The translations under genes were made by a program, and so were the position numbers. A stretch of DNA of 64,000 nucleotides, taken from NCBI GenBank assembly GCA_046563655.1, contig CM102286.1:15190001-15254000 (forward strand), in the 5' to 3' direction. Positions 40,964 through 53,370 of this stretch are shown here, piece after piece. Numbering within the stretch: the stretch's first letter is position 1; every line of letters starts with the position of its first letter. The notes under the pieces are model-generated. The model saw nothing but the letters and a program-made list of their open reading frames with translations. It had not been told where the DNA came from and did not search any database. The stretch is from Yuukianura sp. NJ FZ-2021. Taxonomy: Eukaryota.

Positions 40964-43900
40964 ATAAAATTTTAGAGTTCAATGTGATTTAATACCAGAG
41001 CCATCAGCTAAAATTTTAGAGTTCAATGTGATTTAATACCAGAGCCATCAGCTAAAATTTTAGAGTTCAATGTGATTTAATACCAGAGCCATCAGCTAAA
41101 ATTTTAGAGTTCAATGTGATTTAATACCAGAGCCATCAGCTAAAATTTTAGAGTTCAATGTGATTTAATACCAGAGCCATCAGCTAAAATTTTAGAGTTC
41201 AATGTGATTTAATACCAGAGCCATCAGCTAAAATTTCTCACGAAGGCAAATTAGAACCCTGCCAAGCTAAAATTTTAGAGTTCAATGTGATTTAATACCA
41301 GAGCCATCAGCTAAAATTTTAGAGTTCAATGTGATTTAATACCAGAGCCATCAGCTAAAATTTTAGAGTTCAATGTGATTTAATACCAGAGCCATCAGCT
41401 AAAATTTTAGAGTTCAATGTGATTTAATACCAGAGCCATCAGCTAAAATTTTAGAGTTCAATGTGATTTAATACCAGAGCCATCAGCTAAAATTTTAGAG
41501 TTCAATGTGATTTAATACCAGAGCCATCAGCTAAAATTTTAGAGTTCAATGTGATTTAATACCAGAGCCATCAGCTAAAATTTTAGAGTTCAATGTGATT
41601 TAATACCAGAGCCATCAGCTAAAATTTTAGAGTTCAATGTGATTTAATACCAGAGCCATCAGCTAAAATTTTAGAGTTCAATGTGATTTAATACCAGAGC
41701 CATCAGCTAAAATTTTAGAGTTCAATGTGATTTAATACCAGAGCCATCAGCTAAAATTTTAGAGTTCAATGTGATTTAATACCAGAGCCATCAGCTAAAA
41801 TTTTAGAGTTCAATGTGATTTAATACCAGAGCCATCAGCTAAAATTTTAGAGTTCAATGTGATTTAATACCAGAGCCATCAGCTAAAATTTTAGAGTTCA
41901 ATGTGATTTAATACCAGAGCCATCAGCTAAAATTTCTCACGAAGGCAAATTAGAACCCTGCCAAGCTAAAATTTTAGAGTTCAATGTGATTTAATACCAG
42001 AGCCATCAGCTAAAATTTTAGAGTTCAATGTGATTTAATACCAGAGCCATCAGCTAAAATTTTAGAGTTCAATGTGATTTAATACCAGAGCCATCAGCTA
42101 AAATTTTAGAGTTCAATGTGATTTAATACCAGAGCCATCAGCTAAAATTTTAGAGTTCAATGTGATTTAATACCAGAGCCATCAGCTAAAATTTTAGAGT
42201 TCAATGTGATTTAATACCAGAGCCATCAGCTAAAATTTTAGAGTTCAATGTGATTTAATACCAGAGCCATCAGCTAAAATTTTAGAGTTCAATGTGATTT
42301 AATACCAGAGCCATCAGCTAAAATTTTAGAGTTCAATGTGATTTAATACCAGAGCCATCAGCTAAAATTTTAGAGTTCAATGTGATTTAATACCAGAGCC
42401 ATCAGCTAAAATTTTAGAGTTCAATGTGATTTAATACCAGAGCCATCAGCTAAAATTTTAGAGTTCAATGTGATTTAATACCAGAGCCATCAGCTAAAAT
42501 TTTAGAGTTCAATGTGATTTAATACCAGAGCCATCAGCTAAAATTTTAGAGTTCAATGTGATTTAATACCAGAGCCATCAGCTAAAATTTTAGAGTTCAA
42601 TGTGATTTAATACCAGAGCCATCAGCTAAAATTTTAGAGTTCAATGTGATTTAATACCAGAGCCATCAGCTAAAATTTTAGAGTTCAATGTGATTTAATA
42701 CCAGAGCCATCAGCTAAAATTTTAGAGTTCAATGTGATTTAATACCAGAGCCATCAGCTAAAATTTTAGAGTTCAATGTGATTTAATACCAGAGCCATCA
42801 GCTAAAATTTTAGAGTTCAATGTGATTTAATACCAGAGCCATCAGCTAAAATTTTAGAGTTCAATGTGATTTAATACCAGAGCCATCAGCTAAAATTTTA
42901 GAGTTCAATGTGATTTAATACCAGAGCCATCAGCTAAAATTTTAGAGTTCAATGTGATTTAATACCAGAGCCATCAGCTAAAATTTTAGAGTTCAATGTG
43001 ATTTAATACCAGAGCCATCAGCTAAAATTTTAGAGTTCAATGTGATTTAATACCAGAGCCATCAGCTAAAATTTTAGAGTTCAATGTGATTTAATACCAG
43101 AGCCATCAGCTAAAATTTTAGAGTTCAATGTGATTTAATACCAGAGCCATCAGCTAAAATTTTAGAGTTCAATGTGATTTAATACCAGAGCCATCAGCTA
43201 AAATTTTAGAGTTCAATGTGATTTAATACCAGAGCCATCAGCTAAAATTTTAGAGTTCAATGTGATTTAATACCAGAGCCATCAGCTAAAATTTTAGAGT
43301 TCAATGTGATTTAATACCAGAGCCATCAGCTAAAATTTTAGAGTTCAATGTGATTTAATACCAGAGCCATCAGCTAAAATTTTAGAGTTCAATGTGATTT
43401 AATACCAGAGCCATCAGCTAAAATTTTAGAGTTCAATGTGATTTAATACCAGAGCCATCAGCTAAAATTTTAGAGTTCAATGTGATTTAATACCAGAGCC
43501 ATCAGCTAAAATTTTAGAGTTCAATGTGATTTAATACCAGAGCCATCAGCTAAAATTTTAGAGTTCAATGTGATTTAATACCAGAGCCATCAGCTAAAAT
43601 TTTAGAGTTCAATGTGATTTAATACCAGAGCCATCAGCTAAAATTTTAGAGTTCAATGTGATTTAATACCAGAGCCATCAGCTAAAATTTTAGAGTTCAA
43701 TGTGATTTAATACCAGAGCCATCAGCTAAAATTTTAGAGTTCAATGTGATTTAATACCAGAGCCATCAGCTAAAATTTTAGAGTTCAATGTGATTTAATA
43801 CCAGAGCCATCAGCTAAAATTTTAGAGTTCAATGTGATTTAATACCAGAGCCATCAGCTAAAATTTTAGAGTTCAATGTGATTTAATACCAGAGCCATCA

Positions 43901-46900
43901 GCTAAAATTTTAGAGTTCAATGTGATTTAATACCAGAGCCATCAGCTAAAATTTTAGAGTTCAATGTGATTTAATACCAGAGCCATCAGCTAAAATTTTA
44001 GAGTTCAATGTGATTTAATACCAGAGCCATCAGCTAAAATTTTAGAGTTCAATGTGATTTAATACCAGAGCCATCAGCTAAAATTTTAGAGTTCAATGTG
44101 ATTTAATACCAGAGCCATCAGCTAAAATTTTAGAGTTCAATGTGATTTAATACCAGAGCCATCAGCTAAAATTTTAGAGTTCAATGTGATTTAATACCAG
44201 AGCCATCAGCTAAAATTTTAGAGTTCAATGTGATTTAATACCAGAGCCATCAGCTAAAATTTTAGAGTTCAATGTGATTTAATACCAGAGCCATCAGCTA
44301 AAATTTTAGAGTTCAATGTGATTTAATACCAGAGCCATCAGCTAAAATTTTAGAGTTCAATGTGATTTAATACCAGAGCCATCAGCTAAAATTTTAGAGT
44401 TCAATGTGATTTAATACCAGAGCCATCAGCTAAAATTTTAGAGTTCAATGTGATTTAATACCAGAGCCATCAGCTAAAATTTTAGAGTTCAATGTGATTT
44501 AATACCAGAGCCATCAGCTAAAATTTTAGAGTTCAATGTGATTTAATACCAGAGCCATCAGCTAAAATTTTAGAGTTCAATGTGATTTAATACCAGAGCC
44601 ATCAGCTAAAATTTTAGAGTTCAATGTGATTTAATACCAGAGCCATCAGCTAAAATTTTAGAGTTCAATGTGATTTAATACCAGAGCCATCAGCTAAAAT
44701 TTTAGAGTTCAATGTGATTTAATACCAGAGCCATCAGCTAAAATTTTAGAGTTCAATGTGATTTAATACCAGACCCATCAGCTAAAATTTTAGAGTTCAA
44801 TGTGATTTAATACCAGAGCCATCAGCTAAAATTTTAGAGTTCAATGTGATTTAATACCAGAGCCATCAGCTAAAATTTTAGAGTTCAATGTGATTTAATA
44901 CCAGAGCCATCAGCTAAAATTTTAGAGTTCAATGTGATTTAATACCAGAGCCATCAGCTAAAATTTTAGAGTTCAATGTGATTTAATACCAGAGCCATCA
45001 GCTAAAATTTTAGAGTTCAATGTGATTTAATACCAGAGCCATCAGCTAAAATTTTAGAGTTCAATGTGATTTAATACCAGAGCCATCAGCTAAAATTTTA
45101 GAGTTCAATGTGATTTAATACCAGAGCCATCAGCTAAAATTTTAGAGTTCAATGTGATTTAATACCAGAGCCATCAGCTAAAATTTTAGAGTTCAATGTG
45201 ATTTAATACCAGAGCCATCAGCTAAAATTTTAGAGTTCAATGTGATTTAATACCAGAGCCATCAGCTAAAATTTTAGAGTTCAATGTGATTTAATACCAG
45301 AGCCATCAGCTAAAATTTTAGAGTTCAATGTGATTTAATACCAGAGCCATCAGCTAAAATTTTAGAGTTCAATGTGATTTAATACCAGAGCCATCAGCTA
45401 AAATTTTAGAGTTCAATGTGATTTAATACCAGAGCCATCAGCTAAAATTTTAGAGTTCAATGTGATTTAATACCAGAGCCATCAGCTAAAATTTTAGAGT
45501 TCAATGTGATTTAATACCAGAGCCATCAGCTAAAATTTTAGAGTTCAATGTGATTTAATACCAGAGCCATCAGCTAAAATTTTAGAGTTCAATGTGATTT
45601 AATACCAGAGCCATCAGCTAAAATTTTAGAGTTCAATGTGATTTAATACCAGAGCCATCAGCTAAAATTTTAGAGTTCAATGTGATTTAATACCAGAGCC
45701 ATCAGCTAAAATTTTAGAGTTCAATGTGATTTAATACCAGAGCCATCAGCTAAAATTTTAGAGTTCAATGTGATTTAATACCAGAGCCATCAGCTAAAAT
45801 TTTAGAGTTCAATGTGATTTAATACCAGAGCCATCAGCTAAAATTTTAGAGTTCAATGTGATTTAATACCAGAGCCATCAGCTAAAATTTTAGAGTTCAA
45901 TGTGATTTAATACCAGAGCCATCAGCTAAAATTTTAGAGTTCAATGTGATTTAATACCAGAGCCATCAGCTAAAATTTTAGAGTTCAATGTGATTTAATA
46001 CCAGAGCCATCAGCTAAAATTTTAGAGTTCAATGTGATTTAATACCAGAGCCATCAGCTAAAATTTTAGAGTTCAATGTGATTTAATACCAGAGCCATCA
46101 GCTAAAATTTTAGAGTTCAATGTGATTTAATACCAGAGCCATCAGCTAAAATTTTAGAGTTCAATGTGATTTAATACCAGAGCCATCAGCTAAAATTTTA
46201 GAGTTCAATGTGATTTAATACCAGAGCCATCAGCTAAAATTTTAGAGTTCAATGTGATTTAATACCAGAGCCATCAGCTAAAATTTTAGAGTTCAATGTG
46301 ATTTAATACCAGAGCCATCAGCTAAAATTTTAGAGTTCAATGTGATTTAATACCAGAGCCATCAGCTAAAATTTTAGAGTTCAATGTGATTTAATACCAG
46401 AGCCATCAGCTAAAATTTTAGAGTTCAATGTGATTTAATACCAGAGCCATCAGCTAAAATTTTAGAGTTCAATGTGATTTAATACCAGAGCCATCAGCTA
46501 AAATTTTAGAGTTCAATGTGATTTAATACCAGAGCCATCAGCTAAAATTTTAGAGTTCAATGTGATTTAATACCAGAGCCATCAGCTAAAATTTTAGAGT
46601 TCAATGTGATTTAATACCAGAGCCATCAGCTAAAATTTTAGAGTTCAATGTGATTTAATACCAGAGCCATCAGCTAAAATTTTAGAGTTCAATGTGATTT
46701 AATACCAGAGCCATCAGCTAAAATTTTAGAGTTCAATGTGATTTAATACCAGAGCCATCAGCTAAAATTTTAGAGTTCAATGTGATTTAATACCAGAGCC
46801 ATCAGCTAAAATTTTAGAGTTCAATGTGATTTAATACCAGAGCCATCAGCTAAAATTTTAGAGTTCAATGTGATTTAATACCAGAGCCATCAGCTAAAAT

Positions 46901-48049
46901 TTTAGAGTTCAATGTGATTTAATACCAGAGCCATCAGCTAAAATTTTAGAGTTCAATGTGATTTAATACCAGAGCCATCAGCTAAAATTTTAGAGTTCAA
47001 TGTGATTTAATACCAGAGCCATCAGCTAAAATTTTAGAGTTCAATGTGATTTAATACCAGAGCCATCAGCTAAAATTTTAGAGTTCAATGTGATTTAATA
47101 CCAGAGCCATCAGCTAAAATTTTAGAGTTCAATGTGATTTAATACCAGAGCCATCAGCTAAAATTTTAGAGTTCAATGTGATTTAATACCAGAGCCATCA
47201 GCTAAAATTTTAGAGTTCAATGTGATTTAATACCAGAGCCATCAGCTAAAATTTTAGAGTTCAATGTGATTTAATACCAGAGCCATCAGCTAAAATTTTA
47301 GAGTTCAATGTGATTTAATACCAGAGCCATCAGCTAAAATTTTAGAGTTCAATGTGATTTAATACCAGAGCCATCAGCTAAAATTTTAGAGTTCAATGTG
47401 ATTTAATACCAGAGCCATCAGCTAAAATTTTAGAGTTCAATGTGATTTAATACCAGAGCCATCAGCTAAAATTTTAGAGTTCAATGTGATTTAATACCAG
47501 AGCCATCAGCTAAAATTTTAGAGTTCAATGTGATTTAATACCAGAGCCATCAGCTAAAATTTTAGAGTTCAATGTGATTTAATACCAGAGCCATCAGCTA
47601 AAATTTTAGAGTTCAATGTGATTTAATACCAGAGCCATCAGCTAAAATTTTAGAGTTCAATGTGATTTAATACCAGAGCCATCAGCTAAAATTTTAGAGT
47701 TCAATGTGATTTAATACCAGAGCCATCAGCTAAAATTTTAGAGTTCAATGTGATTTAATACCAGAGCCATCAGCTAAAATTTTAGAGTTCAATGTGATTT
47801 AATACCAGAGCCATCAGCTAAAATTTTAGAGTTCAATGTGATTTAATACCAGAGCCATCAGCTAAAATTTTAGAGTTCAATGTGATTTAATACCAGAGCC
47901 ATCAGCTAAAATTTTAGAGTTCAATGTGATTTAATACCAGAGCCATCAGCTAAAATTTTAGAGTTCAATGTGATTTAATACCAGAGCCATCAGCTAAAAT
48001 TTTAGAGTTCAATGTGATTTAATACCAGAGCCATCAGCTAAAATTTTAG
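40964..48049. repeat. 44-bp satellite (GCTAAAATTTTAGAGTTCAATGTGATTTAATACCAGAGCCATCA)n, ~160 copies, nearly invariant
   Basis: Directly visible; only two 39-bp variant units (~41227, ~41926) and one point variant (~44774) seen. Confidence 0.98.
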
Positions 48050-48179
48050 AAATGGTTTGCCATCGAGGAAAAAAGCATAAATTGCGTTTCCCATTCGTTG
48101 CCAGGGAAATTTCCCTGAAAAATGGCGAGTATAGAGTGGGCTTATAACCTTTAGGAAACTATGAAGAAAAAAATTATAA

Positions 48180-49177
48180 AATAACAAACACCAAAAAATT
48201 GGAAAAAATCCTTCGGCGACAATTAAAGAAAAAAATAAGAGGTGAGAACCCAAAACTAAGCTCACAACGATGTGGCACCGATGAGGCTCTTAACTCAACA
48301 AAGTATAATTCTTATAGAAATTGTAAACGTACAAATAAAGCAAACTTAAGCATCTAAAACAACCCATAACGGTAATATAACTTCTTCGTTCGCTTAGAGC
48401 GATGAACAGGAACCAAAGTAGTTAATGCTGACTAATCTCATCGCTTCGAATGGGGGCTTGGGCTCCTGGAAGTACATGGCTAACAGAGCTCATTGATTCT
48501 TCAAACGCTTTAACTTTGACATGCTCCGCACAGACAAATGAGCCATCGTTGTGGATACCAGCCATGACGGGAAGAGGCACAACCAAATCTTAGAAAATGG
48601 ATTGAGAAATAACAATCCTATTATGAAATTTCGATAGAAAGCAAGAATAACTGTTAATAACCCTCCAAGCGAATCTTCATCATTTCGTCATCAAATTCGT
48701 CATTACTCATTAGATTCCTTAGTAGAGAATTACGCGACAGTAATATCAGCGCTGGTGCCGAAGTCAATAGCCTACGTTATCTCATCTCTTTAGCCAAAGG
48801 CCCTTTTAAGGGCCACCTTAACACACAAATAGCAGAAAAGTACTTCGATGCATGGTTGATTGTTAAATTATTGAGTGGGCAATATCTTGGAAGGGGAGGA
48901 CAACATGTCCTGGAGTGTAGACAATATTGTGAACTGAGGACTACATATCCAGGAGTGTGGACAATATCCTTGGGAAGGGGGCGGGGGCAACATGTCGGGA
49001 AGAAGGGGTTTTCAGGGTGAATGAACTTTTAAAAGTAGACTTCACTCACCCCGAATCAGAGTTAATAGAGCCGAATCAGGGCCAAATCGTTGTGAGCTTA
49101 GTTTTGGGTTCTCACCTCTTATTTTTTTCTTTAATTGTCGCCGAAGGATTTTTTCCAATTTTTTGGTGTTTGTTATT
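48180..49177. mobile_element. ~1-kb foldback element with ~92-bp perfect (to ~120-bp imperfect) terminal inverted repeats
   Basis: 48180-48271 AATAACAAACACCAAAAAATTGG...CTCACAACGAT is the reverse complement of 49086-49177; no intact transposase inside; no clear TSD. Confidence 0.75.
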
Positions 49178-49734
49178 GTCCACTCCGAATGTCCGCACTC
49201 CGAAACTACCCCCGACCCTTTTTCTGTTTTTGCAAAAATGTGAATTTTCGTTTTATCTAGAAAGGGATGGAGTAACAGGTAACTCTTTTGAGGAGTAACA
49301 TTTAACTCTTCTGCAAATTTCTGATGCCCCGCCCCCTCTATGCTTTCTTTTTTTTGAAAAATCGATCGCGAAATTCTTGTTAGTTTTTGAATTTTTAAAA
49401 TTAAAAAAAAATACCTTAGATTGTTCTGAGTTTAGTTGTGCAGAGATTTGCTCTACGAGACATTCCATTCCTGTGATATGAATTTTTAAAATTTATGATT
49501 TTTTTTGGAAGAGATTTTACACAGTAAAGTTGAAGGTTCTGCTTCGAAAGTTTCCGAAGCTATGCGGATATCGTACGGTACAGAAAGGCTCCTCACCTTC
49601 AACTTTTTTCCCGCTGGCGGAACTCCCATACAAAAGTATAGCAAAGGCAACTCTCCTATCCACCTCTTCGCTCCGTACAACATCCTATCTCAATTCTACC
49701 AAACTGATTGAAACCAAATTGACCAAACAAATTG

Positions 49735-52700
49735 AAATTTTTGAAAATTCATAACTTGAGAACGGAACGTGATAGAAAGGTAAATTTGACGGTTCTGAAC
49801 TCGGAAAAGGATGTAGAATTTTATAAAAAATTAAAACCCCTACCCAAAATTTTGAAAAAAAAGTTAAAAAAAAATTTTTTTTTGAAAACTTTGAAAATTC
49901 ATAACTCTGGAACGGAGAGTGCTACAGGGCTCATCTTTCACGTCAGAATATTCACACATATGAAGAATTTTTAGAAATTATAAAAAGGCCGAAAACGAAC
50001 AAAAAAATTTTCGGCCAAAAAAAATCCTAAGGCGCCTTCAATTTTTTCGAAATTTGGTCAAAATTTTGGGTGGTGTTTTTAATTTTTTATAAAATTCTTC
50101 ATAATTTTGCGAGTTCAGAACCGTCGAGTTTACCTCTCTATCACTTTTCATTCCGGAGTTATGGATTTTTGAAATTTTTCAAAATTTTAAAAAAAATTCA
50201 AAATTTTTGAAAATTCATAACTTGAGAACCGAACGTGATAGAAAGGTAAATTTGACGGTTCTGAACTCGGAAAAGGATGTAGAATTTTATAAAAAATTAA
50301 AACCCCTACCCAAAATTTTGAAAAAAAAAGTTAAAAAAAAATTTTTTTTTTGAAAACTTTGAAAATTCATAACTCTGGAACGGAGAGTGCTACAGGGCTC
50401 ATCTTTCACGTCAGAATATTCACACATATGAAGAATTTTTAGAAATTATAAAAAGGCCGAAAACGAACAAAAAAATTTTCGGCCAAAAAAAATCCTAAGG
50501 CTATAGCCTTCAATTTTTTCGAAATTTGGTCAAAATTTTGGGTGGTGTTTTTAATTTTTTATAAAATTCTTCATAATTTTGCGAGTTCAGAACCGTCGAG
50601 TTTACCTCTCTATCACTTTTCATTCCGGAGTTATGGATTTTTGAAATTTTTCAAAATTTTAAAAAAAATTCAAAATTTTTGAAAATTCATAACTTGAGAA
50701 CCGAACGTGATAGAAAGGTAAATTTGACGGTTCTGAACTCGGAAAAGGATGTAGAATTTTATAAAAAATTAAAAATCCTACCCAAAATTTTGAAAAAAAA
50801 AAAAGTTCAAAAATTATTTTTTTGAAATCTTTGAAAATTCATAACTCTGGAACGTAGAGTGCTACAGGGCTCATCTTTCACGTCAGAATATTCACACATA
50901 TGAAGAATTTTTAGAAATTATAAAAAGGCCGAAAACGAACAAAAAAATTTTCGGCCAAAAAAAATCCTAAGGCTATAGCCTTCAATTTTTTCGAAATTTG
51001 GTCAAAATTTTGGGTGGTGTTTTTAATTTTTTATAAAATTCTTCATAATTTTGCGAGTTCAGAACCGTCGAGTTTACCTCTCTATCACTTTTCATTCCGG
51101 AGTTATGGATTTTTGAAATTTTTCAAAATTTTAAAAAAAATTCAAAATTTTTGAAAATTCATAACTTGAGAACGGAACGTGATAGAAAGGTAAATTTGAC
51201 GGTTCTGAACTCGGAAAAGGATGTAGAATTTTATAAAAAATTAAAACCCCTACCCAAAATTTTGAAAAAAAAAGTTAAAAAAAATTTTTTTTTTTGAAAA
51301 CTTTGAAAATTCATAACTCTGGAACGGAGAGTGCTACAGGGCTCATCTTTCACGTCAGAACATTCACACATATGAAGAATTTTTAGAAATTATAAAAGGG
51401 CCGAAAACGAACAAAAAAATTTTCGGCCAAAAAAAATCCTAAGGCTATAGCCTTCAATTTTTTCGAAATTTGGTCAAAATTTTGGGTGGTGTTTTTAATT
51501 TTTTATAAAATTCTTCATAATTTTGCGAGTTCAGAACCGTCGAGTTTACCTCTCTATCACTTTTCATTCCGGAGTTATGAATTTTTGAAATTTTTCAAAA
51601 TTTTAAAAAAAATTCAAAATTTTTGAAAATTCATAACTTGAGAACGGAACGTGATAGAAAGGTAAATTTGACGGTTCTGAACTCGGAAAAGGATGTAGAA
51701 TTTTATAAAAAATTAAAAACCCTACCCAAAATTTTGAAAAAAAAAAGTTCAAAAAAATTTTTTTAAAAAAACTTTGAAAATTCATAACTCTGGAGCGGAG
51801 AGTGCTACAGGGCTCATCTTTCACGTCAGAACATTCACACATATGAAGAATTTTTAGAAATTATAAAAAGGCCGAAAACGAACAAAAAAATTTTCGGCCA
51901 AAAAAAAATCCCAAAGCTATAGCCTTCAATTTTTTCCAAATTTGGTCAAACTTCTGAGGGTCTTTTTAATTTTTTGTAAAATTCTTCATAATTTTGCAAG
52001 TTCAAAACAGTTGAGTTTACCTCTCTATCACTTTTCATTCCCAAGTTATGAATTTTTAAAAATTTTGAAAATTTAAAAAAAATTCAAAATTTTTGAAAAT
52101 TCATAACTTGAGAACAAAAAGTGATAGAAAGGTAAATTTGACGGTTCTGAACTCGGAAAAGGATGTAGAATTTTATAAAAAATTAAAACCCCTACCCAAA
52201 ATTTTGAAAAAAAAAGTTAAAAAAAATTTTTTTTTTGAAAACTTTGAAAATTCATAACTCTGGAACGGAGAGTGCTACAGGGCTCATCTTTCACGTCAGA
52301 ACATTCACACATATGAAGAATTTTTAGAAATTATAAAAAGGCCGAAAACGAACAAAAAAATTTTCGGCAAAAAAAAATCCTGAGGCTATAGCCTTCAATT
52401 TTTTCGAAATTTGGTCAAAATTTTGGGTGGTGTTTTTAATTTTTTATAAAATTCTTCATAATTTTGCGAGTTCAGAACCGTCGAGTTTACCTCTCTATCA
52501 CTTTTCATTCCGGAGTTATGGATTTTTGAAATTTTTCAAAATTTTAAAAAAAATTCAAAATTTTTGAAAATTCATAACTTGAGAACCGAACGTGATAGAA
52601 AGGTAAATTTGACGGTTCTGAACTCGGAAAAGGATGTAGAATTTTATAAAAAATTAAAACCCCTACCCAAAATTTTGAAAAAAAAGTTCAAAAAATTTTT

Positions 52701-53068
52701 TTTTAAAAAACTTTGAAAATTCATAACTCTGGAACGGAGAGTGCTACAGGGCTCATCTTTCACGTCAGAATATTCACACATATGAAGAATTTTTAGAAAT
52801 TATAAAAAGGCCGAAAACGAACAAAAAAATTTTCGGCCAAAAAAAATCCTAAATCAATTTTTTCGAAATTTGGTCAAAATTTTGGGTGGTGTTTTTAATT
52901 TTTTATAAAATTCTTCATAATTTTGCGAGTTCAGAACCGTCGAGTTTACCTCTCTATCACTTTTCATTCCGGAGTTATGGATTTTTGAAATTTTTCAAAA
53001 TTTTGAAAAAAATTCAAAATTTTTGAAAATTCATAACTTGAGAACCGAACGTGATAGAAAGGTAAATT
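49735..53068. repeat. ~470-bp AT-rich satellite, ~7 copies, each monomer with an internal ~115-bp inverted repeat
   Basis: Marker ATAACTTGAGAAC at 49751, 50217, 50689, 51161, 51633, 52103, 52574, 53033; GTGATAGAAAGGTAAATTTGACGGTTCTGAACTCG vs CGAGTTCAGAACCGTCGAGTTTACCTCTCTATCAC within each unit. Confidence 0.95.
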
Positions 53069-53370
53069 AATGAAGAAAAACTTGATGTTCGCTTTCGAAC
53101 TTTAAAACTTGTAGAAAGGTGACGACGTTTGGATGAATTAAAGCAATTTGGTGAACAGTATTCTAGTTTAATTTTTATTTAAACCAAGAAATTGACAAAA
53201 ATAATGGACGTGGAATGGAAACGAGGACTTCATAAAATAATTTACGGCTTGTGTCTGACATTGAACTGTTCTAAACTAACAAGAGATTCGTTTTGTTCTA
53301 AACGAGAAACAAGAAGTAGCTGATTTATCCCTTAACTATTGAATTCTTAGTGTTAGACCGTATAGGAGGA

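Noticed and set aside
40964..48049. CRISPR-like array
   Set aside because: Units are contiguous with no unique spacers, the two inserts are identical, there are no cas genes, and the context is eukaryotic.
48038..49298. Paired ORFs sharing SLVLGSHLLFFSLIVAEGFFPIFWCLL
   Set aside because: Translation of the two arms of an inverted repeat, not a duplicated membrane protein.
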